64,000 nucleotides of DNA from NCBI GenBank assembly GCA_963674755.2, contig CAXXVS010000002.1, forward strand, positions 2,048,001 to 2,112,000. The letters are read 5' to 3'. Below, in pieces: positions 19,756 through 30,430 of this stretch (within the stretch, counting starts at the first letter, position 1; each line of letters opens with the position of its first letter). The notes under the pieces are model-generated. The model was not told the origin of the DNA. It ran no database searches and saw only the letters and a list, made by a program, of their open reading frames with translations. This DNA is from Desulfobacterales bacterium. GTDB taxonomy: Bacteria > Desulfobacterota > Desulfobacteria > Desulfobacterales > UBA5852. Position numbers and translations under genes: made by a program.

Positions 19756-20175
19756 ATGTTCCGGAAAATTCTGCTGGCCGTCGACGGTTCGGCGCACGGC
19801 GACAAGGCCGCCGATTGCGCCGCCGGCCTGGCCGCCGCCTTCCAGGCCGAACTGTTCGTAGTCCACGTCTATCCCCAGACATCCGATCTGTTGGCCTACG
19901 ATGATTTCGAACGTTTTGTGTCCCGGCGCAAATCCGCCGGCCAGAAGGTCCTCGACCGTGTCCGCCGACGATTGGAGGAGCGCGGGGTATCCCTCCAGGA
20001 AGACTTGCTGGAGGGGCCTGAGGCCGAGGCCATCCTGGCCTCGGCCGAAGCTCACAAGGCCGATCTGGTAGTCATGGGCACCCGCGGATTGGGGACCATT
20101 GAGGGGATGCTGTTCGGCAGCATCAGCCGCAAGGTTTCCCAGCATGCCCACTGCCCGGTCCTGTTGGCCCGCTGA
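19756..20175 (+). CDS. Universal stress protein
   Basis: KILLAVDGS; DLVVMGTRG...GSISRKV...CPVLL; AGGAGG RBS. Confidence 0.92.
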   Translation: MFRKILLAVDGSAHGDKAADCAAGLAAAFQAELFVVHVYPQTSDLLAYDDFERFVSRRKSAGQKVLDRVRRRLEERGVSLQEDLLEGPEAEAILASAEAHKADLVVMGTRGLGTIEGMLFGSISRKVSQHAHCPVLLAR

Positions 20176-20268
20176 CAACGCGCAGTCCGCTTTTTTAAAA
20201 GCAATGTCCCATCAACGCGCTCCCTGTCAGGAAGCAAGGATATTCTCGGGGTTGGCGGCGCTAGGGCA

Positions 20269-21117
20269 TCAAGTCTTCGCCAGTTCACCTATCTTGCGGG
20301 CAATGGCTTCATAAGCCTGGGTGACGGGTGAATCCGGGTACTTATCCTGAAATGATTGGCCGGCATCCGCACAACTGACCACCTGGGGGTCAAAGGGGAC
20401 CCGCCCGAGGAACGGTATGGCCGCATCCTTGGATGTACGCTCACCGCCGCCGGACCCGAAGAGATCCACCTCTTTACCGCAATGCGGACAAATATAGCCG
20501 CTCATATTTTCCACCAGCCCGAAAATGTCCATCTTGACCGTGCGGCAGAAGCTGATGGATTTGCGCACGTCGGCCAGGGATATCTCCTGGGGGGTGGTCA
20601 CGATGACGGCCCGGGCATCCGAAATGGTCTGGGCCACGGTCAGGGGCTCATCGCCGGTGCCCGGCGGGGCGTCGATCAGCAGAAAGTCCAGTTCGCCCCA
20701 ATCAACGTCGGCGATGAACTGGCGAATGGCCGAATACTTGATGGGCCCCCGCCAGATGATGGCCTCGTCTTTGCTGGTGGACAGCGATTCGATGGAAACC
20801 ACTTTCAGGTTGTCATTGAAGCGGATGGGATCGAGCTTGTGGTTCGGGCTCAGGCCGATCATGCCCATCAGCCCCAGCACCCGGGGCACATCCGGTCCGT
20901 GGAGATCCACGTCCATCAGGCCGACCCGGTATCCCTGGCGGGCCAAGGCGACCGCGAGATTGACGGAGGTGCTCGTCTTCCCCACGCCGCCCTTGCCGCT
21001 CATGATCAGCAGCTTGTTTTTAATGCGGCTCAACGAATCCTTGAGGGCCACATCTTGTTCATCCTTGCTCGTCTGTTTCTTGTTGGCTTCATCGGGTGAA
21101 TTCATGATCTGCGCCAT
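20269..21117 (-). CDS. apbC: Mrp/NBP35/ApbC iron-sulfur cluster carrier ATPase
   Basis: SGKGGVGKT, DVDLHGP, IIWRGP, DAPPGTGD, ENMS..CPHC. Confidence 0.9.
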   Translation of the reverse strand: MAQIMNSPDEANKKQTSKDEQDVALKDSLSRIKNKLLIMSGKGGVGKTSTSVNLAVALARQGYRVGLMDVDLHGPDVPRVLGLMGMIGLSPNHKLDPIRFNDNLKVVSIESLSTSKDEAIIWRGPIKYSAIRQFIADVDWGELDFLLIDAPPGTGDEPLTVAQTISDARAVIVTTPQEISLADVRKSISFCRTVKMDIFGLVENMSGYICPHCGKEVDLFGSGGGERTSKDAAIPFLGRVPFDPQVVSCADAGQSFQDKYPDSPVTQAYEAIARKIGELAKT

Positions 21118-21318
21118 GCGACATCTTCTCCTCTTGCAATATCGATCTTCGTTAGCGTCCGTGCATAAATGGCAGATTTTGGTTTCCGGCAAGGTCCGAG
21201 CACGTTTTCAACCGGAGAAATAGTAACCTATTTCGAGGATTGAAAACGTGCGAGAACGCAGCCAGGGACTGCAAGATGCCATTTATGGATGGGCACTCGT
21301 TAACCCGGTTGGGGCGTA

Positions 21319-21765
21319 TTACGCCTTGGAATTTCCTCTATGGCCAGCTTTATGTCCCTGGCTGACACGAAAAAGCTTGCGGCTGTTGCAGTGGGGGCAT
21401 TGATTCGGGCGGCCGGTGCCCAGTGCTTCACTCCAACGGCGATGACAGCCGTCGCATTCAAAAATGCGTTCCTTGGAGGTCATCTTGTAATTGCCGCCTT
21501 CGATATTGATGGCCTTGCCATTGATCAGGGCGTCGGCCACAACGCTGCGGGCCCGCTGCAGAATACGGCCGAAGGTGGCCCGAGAAACGCCCATCTGCTT
21601 GCCGCCGTCCTCATGGGACAAATCCAGCAGATCCGACAGGCGCAACGCTTCGCATTCGTCTACCGTGAGGCGCACTTCCTCCAGATCGACCATGGGAATG
21701 CCGCGCGGCTTGAAGTAGCTGACGTCTGGATTGTGGGCGACGATACGATCTTTTTGCGGGCGCAT
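21319..21765 (-). CDS. DUF134-domain predicted DNA-binding protein with C-terminal zinc ribbon
   Basis: FKPRGIP, EALRLSD, MGVSRATFGR, ADALINGKAINIEGG; CxxC...CxxC; GGAGG RBS. Confidence 0.88.
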   Translation of the reverse strand: MRPQKDRIVAHNPDVSYFKPRGIPMVDLEEVRLTVDECEALRLSDLLDLSHEDGGKQMGVSRATFGRILQRARSVVADALINGKAINIEGGNYKMTSKERIFECDGCHRRWSEALGTGRPNQCPHCNSRKLFRVSQGHKAGHRGNSKA

Positions 21766-22012
21766 AGGCAGCCTCCATAATGGGAATTTGCTCATAAAGT
21801 ATACAGCCGCCGGCCGACTTGTCAAGCCGCGGCGATGGTGCGTTGCGGTGTCCGCACAATACACATTCTCTGAGTGATATCAAGAGAAAAACGATTGGCG
21901 TTGTTCCTACGGCCGCTGGGAAAGCCGTATTTCCGGCCCACCGGCGGGATGCGGCATGGGCTGTGCGTAAGGCTTGGTTTGCGAACCAACCCTTCGGTCA
22001 TCATCATCGGCG

Positions 22013-23245
22013 CTAGCATCCCAAGGATGCGCACCCTGTCAGCCAGCGGACCGCCTCCTGGACTCCGTTGCGCTGCTGCAACGGTGTGGACAGCGCACGG
22101 GCGTTACGGCCCAGGCGCGGTGAGGACGCGATGCGCCCCATAGCGTGGGCTAGCCGTCCGGCTTGCAGCCGATTTTTGGGCAGCGGACGCGGCCCGAGGC
22201 CCTTTTCCAGGATGCGCTGCCCCCAATAATACTGGTCGAGCAAATGCGGCACGATGACTTGGGGGATGCCGGCCCGAGCCGCCGCCAGGGTCGTTCCGGC
22301 ACCGCCGTGGTGCACGGCGCCGGCCAGACGGGGGAACAACCGGTCATGGGGCAGGTCCTCCGTAGCACACAAGCAGGTGTCATCGCTTGCGAAACGCCAT
22401 CCGGCCCATCCGCTTTGAATCACGGTCCGCAAACCGGCCCGGCGGGCAGCTTGTCTCAGAATGGACAGAGTCCGGCGGGGCTGGGGATCGCCCATACTGC
22501 CGAATCCGACATAAAGCGGACGCGGCCCTTTATCCAGAAAACGCTCCAGCGCCACCGGCAGGGGCGTGCGCGATGGGGCATGCCAATAGCCGGTTTGGTG
22601 GCAATCGGACGGTGCCTCGGGGGGCAAAGGGGCCAGCTCGCGGTCGGCCGCCACCACCATGTTGGCCGTCAAATGCGACATAACCCGTTTCAGGGGACGC
22701 AGCCCCAGGCGACGGCGGTAGCGGTTGATCAGGGATCGGTAGCCCAGATCGAGCAGGATGCCGGCCCATTGCCAGAGCATCAGGTTGCAAAAAGGCGGTA
22801 GACGCTGCCACGGTACCGTGGGCGGCGCATGGCGGCGGGAAGGCAGCAGAACCGGCAGGCTGACGGCGTAGTGATACGGAACGCCGCAGGCCTCGGCCAG
22901 TGAAGGCACGGCCAGGGCCAGACCGGAACAGAGCACCCGATCGGCGGCCGCGACTTCGGCGGGTAACTGCTGGAATTGGAATTCCAGTTCCCGTCGGAGA
23001 AGCCGGGTCATGGGTGCGGCGGCGGCCAGCGGCCGGCCGACAATCCGGCCCGCCAAGGCCGCCATCATCTGACGGACGTCACTCCCCAAAGGCGCATAGG
23101 AAAGGCCGACGTCCGTAAAAAGATGTCCACTGTCCGGCGGCGCGCAGACCCGGACGTGCTGCCCGCGCTTGCGCAGGGCCAGTCCGAGGGCCAACAGGGG
23201 CCGGACGTCTCCCGTGGAGCCGTATGTGACGAGCAGGATTTTCAT
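22013..23245 (-). CDS. GT-B glycosyltransferase (GT1/GT28-like)
   Basis: GSTGDVRP, YVGFGSM, HHGGAGTT, DQYYW. Confidence 0.9.
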   Translation of the reverse strand: MKILLVTYGSTGDVRPLLALGLALRKRGQHVRVCAPPDSGHLFTDVGLSYAPLGSDVRQMMAALAGRIVGRPLAAAAPMTRLLRRELEFQFQQLPAEVAAADRVLCSGLALAVPSLAEACGVPYHYAVSLPVLLPSRRHAPPTVPWQRLPPFCNLMLWQWAGILLDLGYRSLINRYRRRLGLRPLKRVMSHLTANMVVAADRELAPLPPEAPSDCHQTGYWHAPSRTPLPVALERFLDKGPRPLYVGFGSMGDPQPRRTLSILRQAARRAGLRTVIQSGWAGWRFASDDTCLCATEDLPHDRLFPRLAGAVHHGGAGTTLAAARAGIPQVIVPHLLDQYYWGQRILEKGLGPRPLPKNRLQAGRLAHAMGRIASSPRLGRNARALSTPLQQRNGVQEAVRWLTGCASLGC

Positions 23246-23538
23246 CTGGCGGCCTCAGCTCTTAAAATCTATCGGCTCAATGGGTTTCGCAGAAAAAAAC
23301 CAAGTGTCCGTCCAGCGGTGGTAGATTTTGGTTCCTGGTCCCGCCGCACAGCGCGGGATTTCACGCCGGATCTGTAACACATCGGTGTTCAACAAAGCGC
23401 AACCGACGGGCGTCCACAGGCGTAGCCCGGCTAGGCCGAGGACCGACAGAAGGCGGGAACACCGGCTTGTCCGCCAAAGGTGGATTGGTTTACCGGCGAC
23501 GGGCCAGGGGCCAAAAGATGCCATCTCGGGACGGACAC

Positions 23539-23946
23539 TTAGCCCCGAGCCGCACGGGTGTTGATCAGGGTCAACTGATCGTTCAGGGTCCAGTAGTCGT
23601 AGATGACACCAATCAACCCCAGCCCCCCCGTAAAAAAATAGAGGATTCCACTGAGCCATTTCCCCATATAAAAGCGATGAACGCCAAAAATCCCCAGAAA
23701 CGTCAAGAAAGCCCAGGCCACATTGTAGTCCAGGGGACCGGCTGCAAACCGGAAATCGGCCCGTTCGTCCATACCGGGGATCAGAAAGAGGTCCACGATC
23801 CATCCCACGAACAGCAGCCCCAGCGTAAAAAAATAGATCGTCCCGCTGATCGGTTTGCCGTAGTAAAAGCGGTGAGCCCCCATGAAACCGAAAATCCATA
23901 GTACATAACCGATGGTTTTGCTGTGTGTGTCTGCTTGCGATGTCAT
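23539..23946 (-). CDS. TM2/NINE-domain membrane protein
   Basis: Two G(A/V)HRFY.GK repeats. Confidence 0.85.
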   Translation of the reverse strand: MTSQADTHSKTIGYVLWIFGFMGAHRFYYGKPISGTIYFFTLGLLFVGWIVDLFLIPGMDERADFRFAAGPLDYNVAWAFLTFLGIFGVHRFYMGKWLSGILYFFTGGLGLIGVIYDYWTLNDQLTLINTRAARG

Positions 23947-23957
23947 CGATGTTCCTT

Positions 23958-25871
23958 TCAGGATGCCGACGCATCGGCACCACGGTCGATCGTTTCCAGT
24001 TGTTCCCAGCGTTCATAGGCCCTGGCCAGGGCCTCCTCCACTTCCGCGAGACGTACTTTGGCTTTGGAAACGGCCTGCCCGTCGGACTGATAGGTCGACG
24101 GATCCGCCAGGGTTTCAAAAAGCCTCACCTGTTCGCCTTCCAGGCGTTCGATCAGATCCGGGAATTGGGTCAATTCGCGTCTTTCATTGTAGGAAAGTTT
24201 GCGCGGCCCTTGCCGCACAGCGCGCGGCGGGCGCTCCGGACGGCCTTTTTTTCGCGGCGCAGGGGGGATATTCTGAGGGCGCTGCCGCTGCCAGTCATCG
24301 TAGCCGCCGATATATTCCGCCACCCGATCCTGCCCTTCAAACACCAAGGTACTGGTCACCACGTTGTCCAGAAACGCCCGGTCATGACTGACCAGCAGGA
24401 CCGTGCCCTCGAAATCCACCAGCAGGTGTTCCAGCAGCTCGATGGTCTCCATGTCAAGGTCATTGGTGGGCTCATCCAGCACCAGCAGGTTGGCGGGTTT
24501 GGCAAACAGTTTGGCCAGCAGGAGACGGTTGCGTTCGCCGCCCGAAAGAACGCGCACCGGTGAGCGCGCCTTGTCCGGGGTGAACAGAAAATCTTTCAGA
24601 TAGCCAATGATGTGTCTTGGCTGGCCGTTGATAATCACCTTGTCGGCACCGTCGGCAATGTTGTCTTGGAGCGACCGATCGGAATCAAGTTGGGCCCGCA
24701 TCTGGTCGAAGTAGGCCGGCTGCAAACGGGTGCCGTGCCGCAGCTGTCCGGTGGCCGGGAGCAGCTGCCCCAAGAGAACCTTCAGGAGGGTCGATTTGCC
24801 GCACCCGTTGGGGCCGATCACCCCCACTTTGTCACCGCGCAGAATCACCGTCTTGAAGTCGCTGAAAACGGTCTGTCCCCCATAGGCGAAGCTCAATCCT
24901 TCGGCCTCGATCACCAGCCGGCCGCTGCGCTCGGCTTCCTGGGCCAGGAGCCGGACATTGCCCACCTGCTCCACACGGGCCTGCCGTTCGGCACGCAACG
25001 TCTTAAGGGCCCGCACACGCCCCTCGTTTCTCCGCCGACGGGCTTTGACACCCTGGCGGATCCAGGCTTCTTCTTCGGCCAACTTTTTGTCCTGGCGGTG
25101 GTTTTGCCGGGCTTCGGCATCCAGGCGGGCTTCTTTGCGCTGGAGATAGGTGGCGTAGTCGCAACGCCAGGAGCTCAGGCGGCCGCGGTCCAGCTCGAGG
25201 ATGCGCGTCGCCAGCCGCTGTAAAAAGACGCGATCGTGGGAAACGAACAGCAGGGTACCGCGCCAACTCCGGAGCATGGCCTCTAGCTGCTCGATATTGG
25301 CCATATCCAGGTGGTTCGTAGGCTCGTCCAGCAGGAGGATATCCGGCCTTGCCGCGAGGGCGCGAGCCAGCAGAACCCGCCGCTGCAGGCCCACCGAGAG
25401 GGTCGTGAAATCCTTTTCGGCCGGCAGGTTCATCTGGGATAGCAGGGTCTCGACCTCCCGCCCGGCATCCCACCCCCGGGCGGCATCCAGGGCTTGATGG
25501 ACTGCGTCCAAGCGGCGGGCGACGTCTTCCTGATCGTCCTGCCGGGCCAATTGGTCGCTCAGGTGGTGGTAGACGGTCAGAAGCGCCCCGCGCTCCCCTA
25601 ACCCCTCGGCCACCACCTCGGAAACGGATCCTTCCAAATGGGCTGGAATCTCCTGGGGCAGGCGTGCCCAGCGGATACCCGGGGGGGATTCCACGGTCCC
25701 GCTGTCCGGGGGCTGCTCGCCGCTGATCACCTTGAGCAAAGTGGTCTTGCCGGCCCCGTTGCGGCCGAGCACACCGATCCGTTCGCCGGATTCGATCTGC
25801 AAACTGACATCCGCCAGCAGCGACTTTCCACCGAAACCGTAATCAATATGGTGCAGCGTCCGGATGGCCAT
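23958..25871 (-). CDS. uup: ABC-F family ATPase (Uup-like)
   Basis: Two ABC cassettes ([22 protein letters not shown]), [20 protein letters not shown] linker, [11 protein letters not shown]-terminal domain. Confidence 0.9.
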   Translation of the reverse strand: MAIRTLHHIDYGFGGKSLLADVSLQIESGERIGVLGRNGAGKTTLLKVISGEQPPDSGTVESPPGIRWARLPQEIPAHLEGSVSEVVAEGLGERGALLTVYHHLSDQLARQDDQEDVARRLDAVHQALDAARGWDAGREVETLLSQMNLPAEKDFTTLSVGLQRRVLLARALAARPDILLLDEPTNHLDMANIEQLEAMLRSWRGTLLFVSHDRVFLQRLATRILELDRGRLSSWRCDYATYLQRKEARLDAEARQNHRQDKKLAEEEAWIRQGVKARRRRNEGRVRALKTLRAERQARVEQVGNVRLLAQEAERSGRLVIEAEGLSFAYGGQTVFSDFKTVILRGDKVGVIGPNGCGKSTLLKVLLGQLLPATGQLRHGTRLQPAYFDQMRAQLDSDRSLQDNIADGADKVIINGQPRHIIGYLKDFLFTPDKARSPVRVLSGGERNRLLLAKLFAKPANLLVLDEPTNDLDMETIELLEHLLVDFEGTVLLVSHDRAFLDNVVTSTLVFEGQDRVAEYIGGYDDWQRQRPQNIPPAPRKKGRPERPPRAVRQGPRKLSYNERRELTQFPDLIERLEGEQVRLFETLADPSTYQSDGQAVSKAKVRLAEVEEALARAYERWEQLETIDRGADASAS

Positions 25872-26184
25872 TGCGTACTCGTTTTCTCTCTTGTCCGTAG
25901 CGTCTTATGCTCTGTCTGGCGTCATTGAAAACAATGACGGATAGCGGATGGCGTCCAACCTGTCAAATCCTCTCCATAAGGGTCTATGGGCGCTTCTGCC
26001 GGTTGTTTGATCGGCGCAGCACAACCCCGAAACCGATGGTGTTCAGCAGAATACACCGCCCAAGGCCATCTGCAACGGGCAGATCAACCCCAACGGACAA
26101 ATCAGGGGAATCAGCAGGACATCGGTCCGGCTTCGCGTAAGCATCGCGACCTATTGGAAAATGATCGAACAGTGGTTCATCCGG

Positions 26185-26856
26185 TCACCGTCGATCCCCC
26201 GGATGATAGCGATAAAGGGTTTTGGTTACGACAGGGCGGATCGCCTGCGGTGTGACAATACCCCGCAAGTTGACATGATCGGTCTCGGGGAATTCCTCAC
26301 CATTATAAAGCAGGATCAGGCCATCCACCAGGGGCGGATCCAGTTGGGGTTGCAGAAAGGTGGCGGCAAGCATGTAGTAGGTCGTCAGGCCGCCGGCCGA
26401 CCCCTGGAAAAACCCCTGCAAGGCGTTCCGCTGGGGGTCAATCATGTTGATGACCGCCAGGCGGTAGTTGCGCTGGGCCACTGCAAAGCGATGGACCCCC
26501 TCGACTTCGAATCGAATCGCAGCCTCCCGGCGGCCGCTGTCACTGCGGAAGTAGGTCCGGCCGAGGTGGTCTCCCAGAGCAGTCAGCGCGTCTGTGGGCG
26601 ACATCGCCGCGTCCAGGGGGAATGGCCGGGGCGCGGCCAGATAATCCTGGGAATCGGGTTCGAACACATAGACCTTTACGGCCCCGATGCGATCCACCGG
26701 GGGAGGTCCCGGGACCGGGGGCGACTCACGGCATCCCTGGAGCACCAGGGCCAGCCCCATGAAGGCCACCAGGAGAAGGGCCAGCCCTTGCCGTGGGCGC
26801 TCGTAGGCGCAACGGCGATTCGTTTCAGTCACGGAATTCCAGGAACAATTTTTCAT
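26185..26856 (-). CDS. Hypothetical lipoprotein (start uncertain)
   Basis: Hydrophobic stretch plus LQGC lipobox; coupled to the upstream ORF. Confidence 0.6.
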   Translation of the reverse strand: MKNCSWNSVTETNRRCAYERPRQGLALLLVAFMGLALVLQGCRESPPVPGPPPVDRIGAVKVYVFEPDSQDYLAAPRPFPLDAAMSPTDALTALGDHLGRTYFRSDSGRREAAIRFEVEGVHRFAVAQRNYRLAVINMIDPQRNALQGFFQGSAGGLTTYYMLAATFLQPQLDPPLVDGLILLYNGEEFPETDHVNLRGIVTPQAIRPVVTKTLYRYHPGDRR

Positions 26857-27223
26857 TCTGCCCGTCGATCTCCGGTTCGTTGTTTTTCCAGTCGTAAATC
26901 CGGCAGGCGTCCGTCTGATCCGAGGGGATGGAGCAGCCGATGAAGGGCATCAGGGGATCACCGGCCGTGGATTTGAGATTGAGCATGAGGGCCTGGGATC
27001 GCGGGAAACGATCGAATTCGAGCAATTGAATAAAGAACACGCGGGTCTGTCCTTGGAAGAAATCACCTTTGTCCCGTATTTCCGCAATACGATCCTTGAA
27101 TTTGAGAAACGCGGTCTCCCCGTCCTGGGCTTCGATGATCAGGTCGAACTCACCATGGCGCCGTTCCTGTTCTTCGATTTCCTGTTGGTTGGTCAGGTAG
27201 AAAAATTTGCCGATAAAAATCAT
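26825..27223 (-). CDS. Hypothetical protein
   Basis: AAGGAG RBS upstream; protein-like composition. Confidence 0.65.
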   Translation of the reverse strand: MIFIGKFFYLTNQQEIEEQERRHGEFDLIIEAQDGETAFLKFKDRIAEIRDKGDFFQGQTRVFFIQLLEFDRFPRSQALMLNLKSTAGDPLMPFIGCSIPSDQTDACRIYDWKNNEPEIDGQNEKLFLEFRD

Positions 27224-27520
27224 CGCTGATCTCCTTGATGAAGTAAGCCTCTCATGGGTGAGTAAAGAACAAACGCTTCCCGGATTTTTACCTCAACTGC
27301 CCGTTAACTGCAACTCTCCTTTATCTGTTATGGTTCGACCTGGGATGGTTTTTGCCCGCTGATGCCAATGTCCTGCGCCGGGGTCCATGTATACAAAGGC
27401 GCAGAACGGTTTGCGGTATGGCGATGTCGGCGCCGGGGGAATACCTTGCAGATCTTCTTCGAATGGCGTATGCTGCCCGCGCGAAACCAAACGGCATCCT
27501 TCGGGCAACGGCAGATAAAG

Positions 27521-27766
27521 ATGAAGCACCACTTCTTTTCCATTCTAATAGCGGCCGTCCTTTTGGCGGCCTGCGCCTCCCTTCCCCCCTATGACGCCGC
27601 GTTCTCCGACATTGACCAGGACCACGACGGCATCATCGAATGGCGCGAATTCCAGGCGTATTATCCGAACGCGGACCCCAAGACCTTCCTGGAAGCCGAT
27701 CGCAACAAGGATGGCGACATTACACCTGACGAATGGCGCGCCTATATCGAAGTCCAGGAACCCTGA
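27521..27766 (+). CDS. Small EF-hand lipoprotein
   Basis: Lipobox LAAC; two EF-hand loops DQDHDGIIEWRE and DRNKDGDITPDE. Confidence 0.8.
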   Translation: MKHHFFSILIAAVLLAACASLPPYDAAFSDIDQDHDGIIEWREFQAYYPNADPKTFLEADRNKDGDITPDEWRAYIEVQEP

Positions 27767-27827
27767 AGCATTTTCTGCAAAGCAGGCCATGCCCCTTCCG
27801 GGGACGACCGTGCCCCTGCCCACCCGG

Positions 27828-28913
27828 TTAGAACCCATCTAAGTGGGGGCAACCGCGGCATGGCGCCGGAGGCGCAAGCCGGCCGCGATATAGCCCTTGC
27901 AGTCGCGCGACCGCGCGTTCCAGCTTGGCCAGTCCGTCAAAATCCGGCTTGATGCCGTCCATCTGGTTCTGGTAGGCCTCGACCCGTTGTTGAAAAGCCT
28001 GCCGGAAAGCCCGGTAGTCCGGCGATTGCCAGATCTCATCCAGCGACTGTTCGGTGAGCCGTCCCATGATGACGCGGGGTGTTTCCACCAACTGCCCGTC
28101 CCTGAAGAGCGGAACGGTCCCTTTCAAGGGCGGGTTCAAATACACGCAGGGCGATACCGTGCCATCGGCCCCGACAAAGCAGTTTTCGAGGGGATTCTTG
28201 GGGCATACGGCCATTGGCTGCCCCTTCATGGAGGGCAGTCCTAAAGTCGTCCGATGCCAGAGCACCGACAGGCGCAGCCAAAACCATCGTGGAGGCGCCC
28301 GGCCCGTCGCGGGATAGGCGGACCATGCCGCCTGCTCCGATGCGACGCAATGGATGAAGTGCCCCACCTCGACCCGCTGCATGCCCAGCCGTTTCGCCAA
28401 TCCGAGGATAGGTAAAAGGGCCTGCCGGTTCGACCGCAACAGCAGATAGTTCATGAGCAGCGGCGGGTGGCCATCCGACCGGCAGCCGCTAAACAGGGCC
28501 GCTGATGCTGCGGCGCGCTGGAAGCTTCCCTCACCCCGCAGGGGATCCTGTTCAGCGGGCGAGGCGCCGGCAAAACTGAACGCCATCGAATCAAGGCCGG
28601 CGTCAATCAGCTCACGCGCCAGATCCGCTGTCATCGTGCTGCCATTGGAACTCAGGCTGACCGCGAGCCCGGCCTGTTTCACCTGCGCAACCAGCGCCGT
28701 ACAGTCTTCCCGCAGCAGCGATTCGCCCCAACCTTGGAGATGGACGGATCGCATCCGCGGCGCCAAATCCAGAAGCCGATCCAGAATGACGTGCGGCAAG
28801 TCGGTTTCCACCCAGCGTTCCGGATAGTGCCCGTAAAGACAGGTCCGGCACCGCAAATTGCATCGGCTGGTCAATTCGATTTGGAGGTGGTTGTAAAGCG
28901 GCAGATCGGGCAT
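27828..28913 (-). CDS. Radical SAM protein with SPASM/twitch domain
   Basis: CNLRCRTC; GWGE; CPKNP..CFVGADGTVSPC; C-terminal CRGC. Confidence 0.88.
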   Translation of the reverse strand: MPDLPLYNHLQIELTSRCNLRCRTCLYGHYPERWVETDLPHVILDRLLDLAPRMRSVHLQGWGESLLREDCTALVAQVKQAGLAVSLSSNGSTMTADLARELIDAGLDSMAFSFAGASPAEQDPLRGEGSFQRAAASAALFSGCRSDGHPPLLMNYLLLRSNRQALLPILGLAKRLGMQRVEVGHFIHCVASEQAAWSAYPATGRAPPRWFWLRLSVLWHRTTLGLPSMKGQPMAVCPKNPLENCFVGADGTVSPCVYLNPPLKGTVPLFRDGQLVETPRVIMGRLTEQSLDEIWQSPDYRAFRQAFQQRVEAYQNQMDGIKPDFDGLAKLERAVARLQGLYRGRLAPPAPCRGCPHLDGF

Positions 28914-29000
28914 AGCTCAAGGGGGCATTTAGAGGCTCCCCGACCCGCCGGCGTCGGGCAAACGGGAGCGACGTTCAGCCCTCAAAACGATAGAAGCACC

Positions 29001-29609
29001 TCAATAGGATTCGATGATTTCACCTTTTTCAATATAGGCCCTGATTTCATGCTCCGCCTGTTCAAGGCTGCGCAGGGCCTGGCGATAGCCATGACAAACC
29101 GGATCGTCATCCCCGAGCGCGGCCTCAATTTTAGCCAGCACGGCCCGCCCCTGGTGCACGTGGGCCGCAATGTCTTCCAATATGACCTTGCGGCGGCGGT
29201 GGCGCTTGCGTTCCTCCTCGATGACAGGCATCAACCGCAAGATCGAATACTCTACCAGGGCGTCGCGGGGGGTATCGAAGGCATCGCAGGCTTCCTGAAG
29301 CATATTTAGCGTATGCCGGCTGAGAACATAGGTCTTCTGGACCCGTTCCGCGGGCTGGAAGTCGCTTTCCTGAACCTGGCGGGCAATCTTGGACAAGGTC
29401 TGGGCGTCTTCCATGAGGTGTTCGAACAGCGATTTCTGCTTGATGCCCAAATGGACCGCCACCACACTGATGGCGTCGATGGCCCGCGAGGTCAACCGGA
29501 AGGTGGCCCGCACCGATTGTTTGCCGCGCAGATCCGAGGATGACGGTCGCGGCAGTGAGAAGGCATCGAACGCTGCCGGCATCTTTTTTGTCTTCATGGG
29601 CCACCTCAT
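29001..29609 (-). CDS. Hypothetical protein, probable tandem ribbon-helix-helix DNA-binding protein
   Basis: Two strand-helix-helix-like segments (SVRATFRLTSRAIDAI..LGIKQKSLFEHLM; VQKTYVLSRHTLNML..TPRDALVEYSI) and a helical C-terminus. Confidence 0.6.
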   Translation of the reverse strand: MRWPMKTKKMPAAFDAFSLPRPSSSDLRGKQSVRATFRLTSRAIDAISVVAVHLGIKQKSLFEHLMEDAQTLSKIARQVQESDFQPAERVQKTYVLSRHTLNMLQEACDAFDTPRDALVEYSILRLMPVIEEERKRHRRRKVILEDIAAHVHQGRAVLAKIEAALGDDDPVCHGYRQALRSLEQAEHEIRAYIEKGEIIESY

Positions 29610-29619
29610 TTACGCTGCA

Positions 29620-29678
29620 AGTATTATGCAAACCATTACTGCATTACTTATATATAAAACACCCTTATCAGTAATGCA
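29620..29678. promoter_or_regulatory. Putative operator: CATTACT direct repeats and a TGCATTACT/AGTAATGCA inverted repeat
   Basis: CATTACT at 29634 and 29642; TGCATTACT 29640-29648 inverted at 29670-29678, directly upstream of the RHH-like gene. Confidence 0.5.
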
Positions 29679-29815
29679 ACAGTCCTTCAGGCGCTTACCG
29701 CCGTGTTTCTTCGTGCCAGTCAGCCACAGGTCCCCCGGGCTTTGATGACTGGCAGAACCAAAGCACAGCGAGCTTGCAAAGGCGTGAACTTAAGGGGAAG
29801 AGAAAATGGGGGCGC

Positions 29816-30430
29816 TTAAGGCGTGGGTCTCAGCGCCCTGAGCGCCTTGGCAATGTCACGGCAAAGGCCTTCCAGGGCACGGCTTTGGGCATCCACGAGA
29901 CCGTCGTAGCCCTCCCCGGTGACGGCTTCCTGGATAATGGTGCGGCGCACCAGGAGAGGGGCATCGTCTTTTGGGCCGATGATCATCCAGGTGGCATTGA
30001 GGGATGCATACTCTCCCAGGCGGCCGTCGAACTGGCGGATATCCAGCGCGAGACGGACATCGGGCTGGAAATAACGTTCCCAGGGACGGGCCATGACCCG
30101 GTCGGTTTGCAAGAGCAGGGCGAGATTTTCTTCCATGACCCGGGTGACATTTTTCTCCAGGGATCCGCCCCAGCGGTGGAATTCATTTACTTCCAGGCGA
30201 TTGCGGCCGCTGCGCGTGACGATGGAGGGACGATTGAGTTCGTCCGGGAACTTGACCGGTCCGATACCGATGGACAGTGGCTCCGAGGTGGCCACCAGCG
30301 GCGCCGCTGGAGATGCCGCCATTGGGCGCAGGGTGTAGTAGACCGACGGCGGGGAGGTTCCGAAACACCCTGCCAGCCCGATGAGCAGCAAGCTTAGTGG
30401 CAAAAACTGCCATACACGTCTATTCGTCAT
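29816..30430 (-). CDS. pqiC: PqiC-family lipoprotein
   Basis: LAGC lipobox, YYTL, IGIGPVKFP..LNRPSIV, HRWG; operon position. Confidence 0.88.
   Translation of the reverse strand: MTNRRVWQFLPLSLLLIGLAGCFGTSPPSVYYTLRPMAASPAAPLVATSEPLSIGIGPVKFPDELNRPSIVTRSGRNRLEVNEFHRWGGSLEKNVTRVMEENLALLLQTDRVMARPWERYFQPDVRLALDIRQFDGRLGEYASLNATWMIIGPKDDAPLLVRRTIIQEAVTGEGYDGLVDAQSRALEGLCRDIAKALRALRPTP

Noticed and set aside
21778..21797. Imperfect palindrome upstream of the DUF134 gene as an operator
   Set aside because: Only 6 of 10 positions pair; too weak without comparative data.
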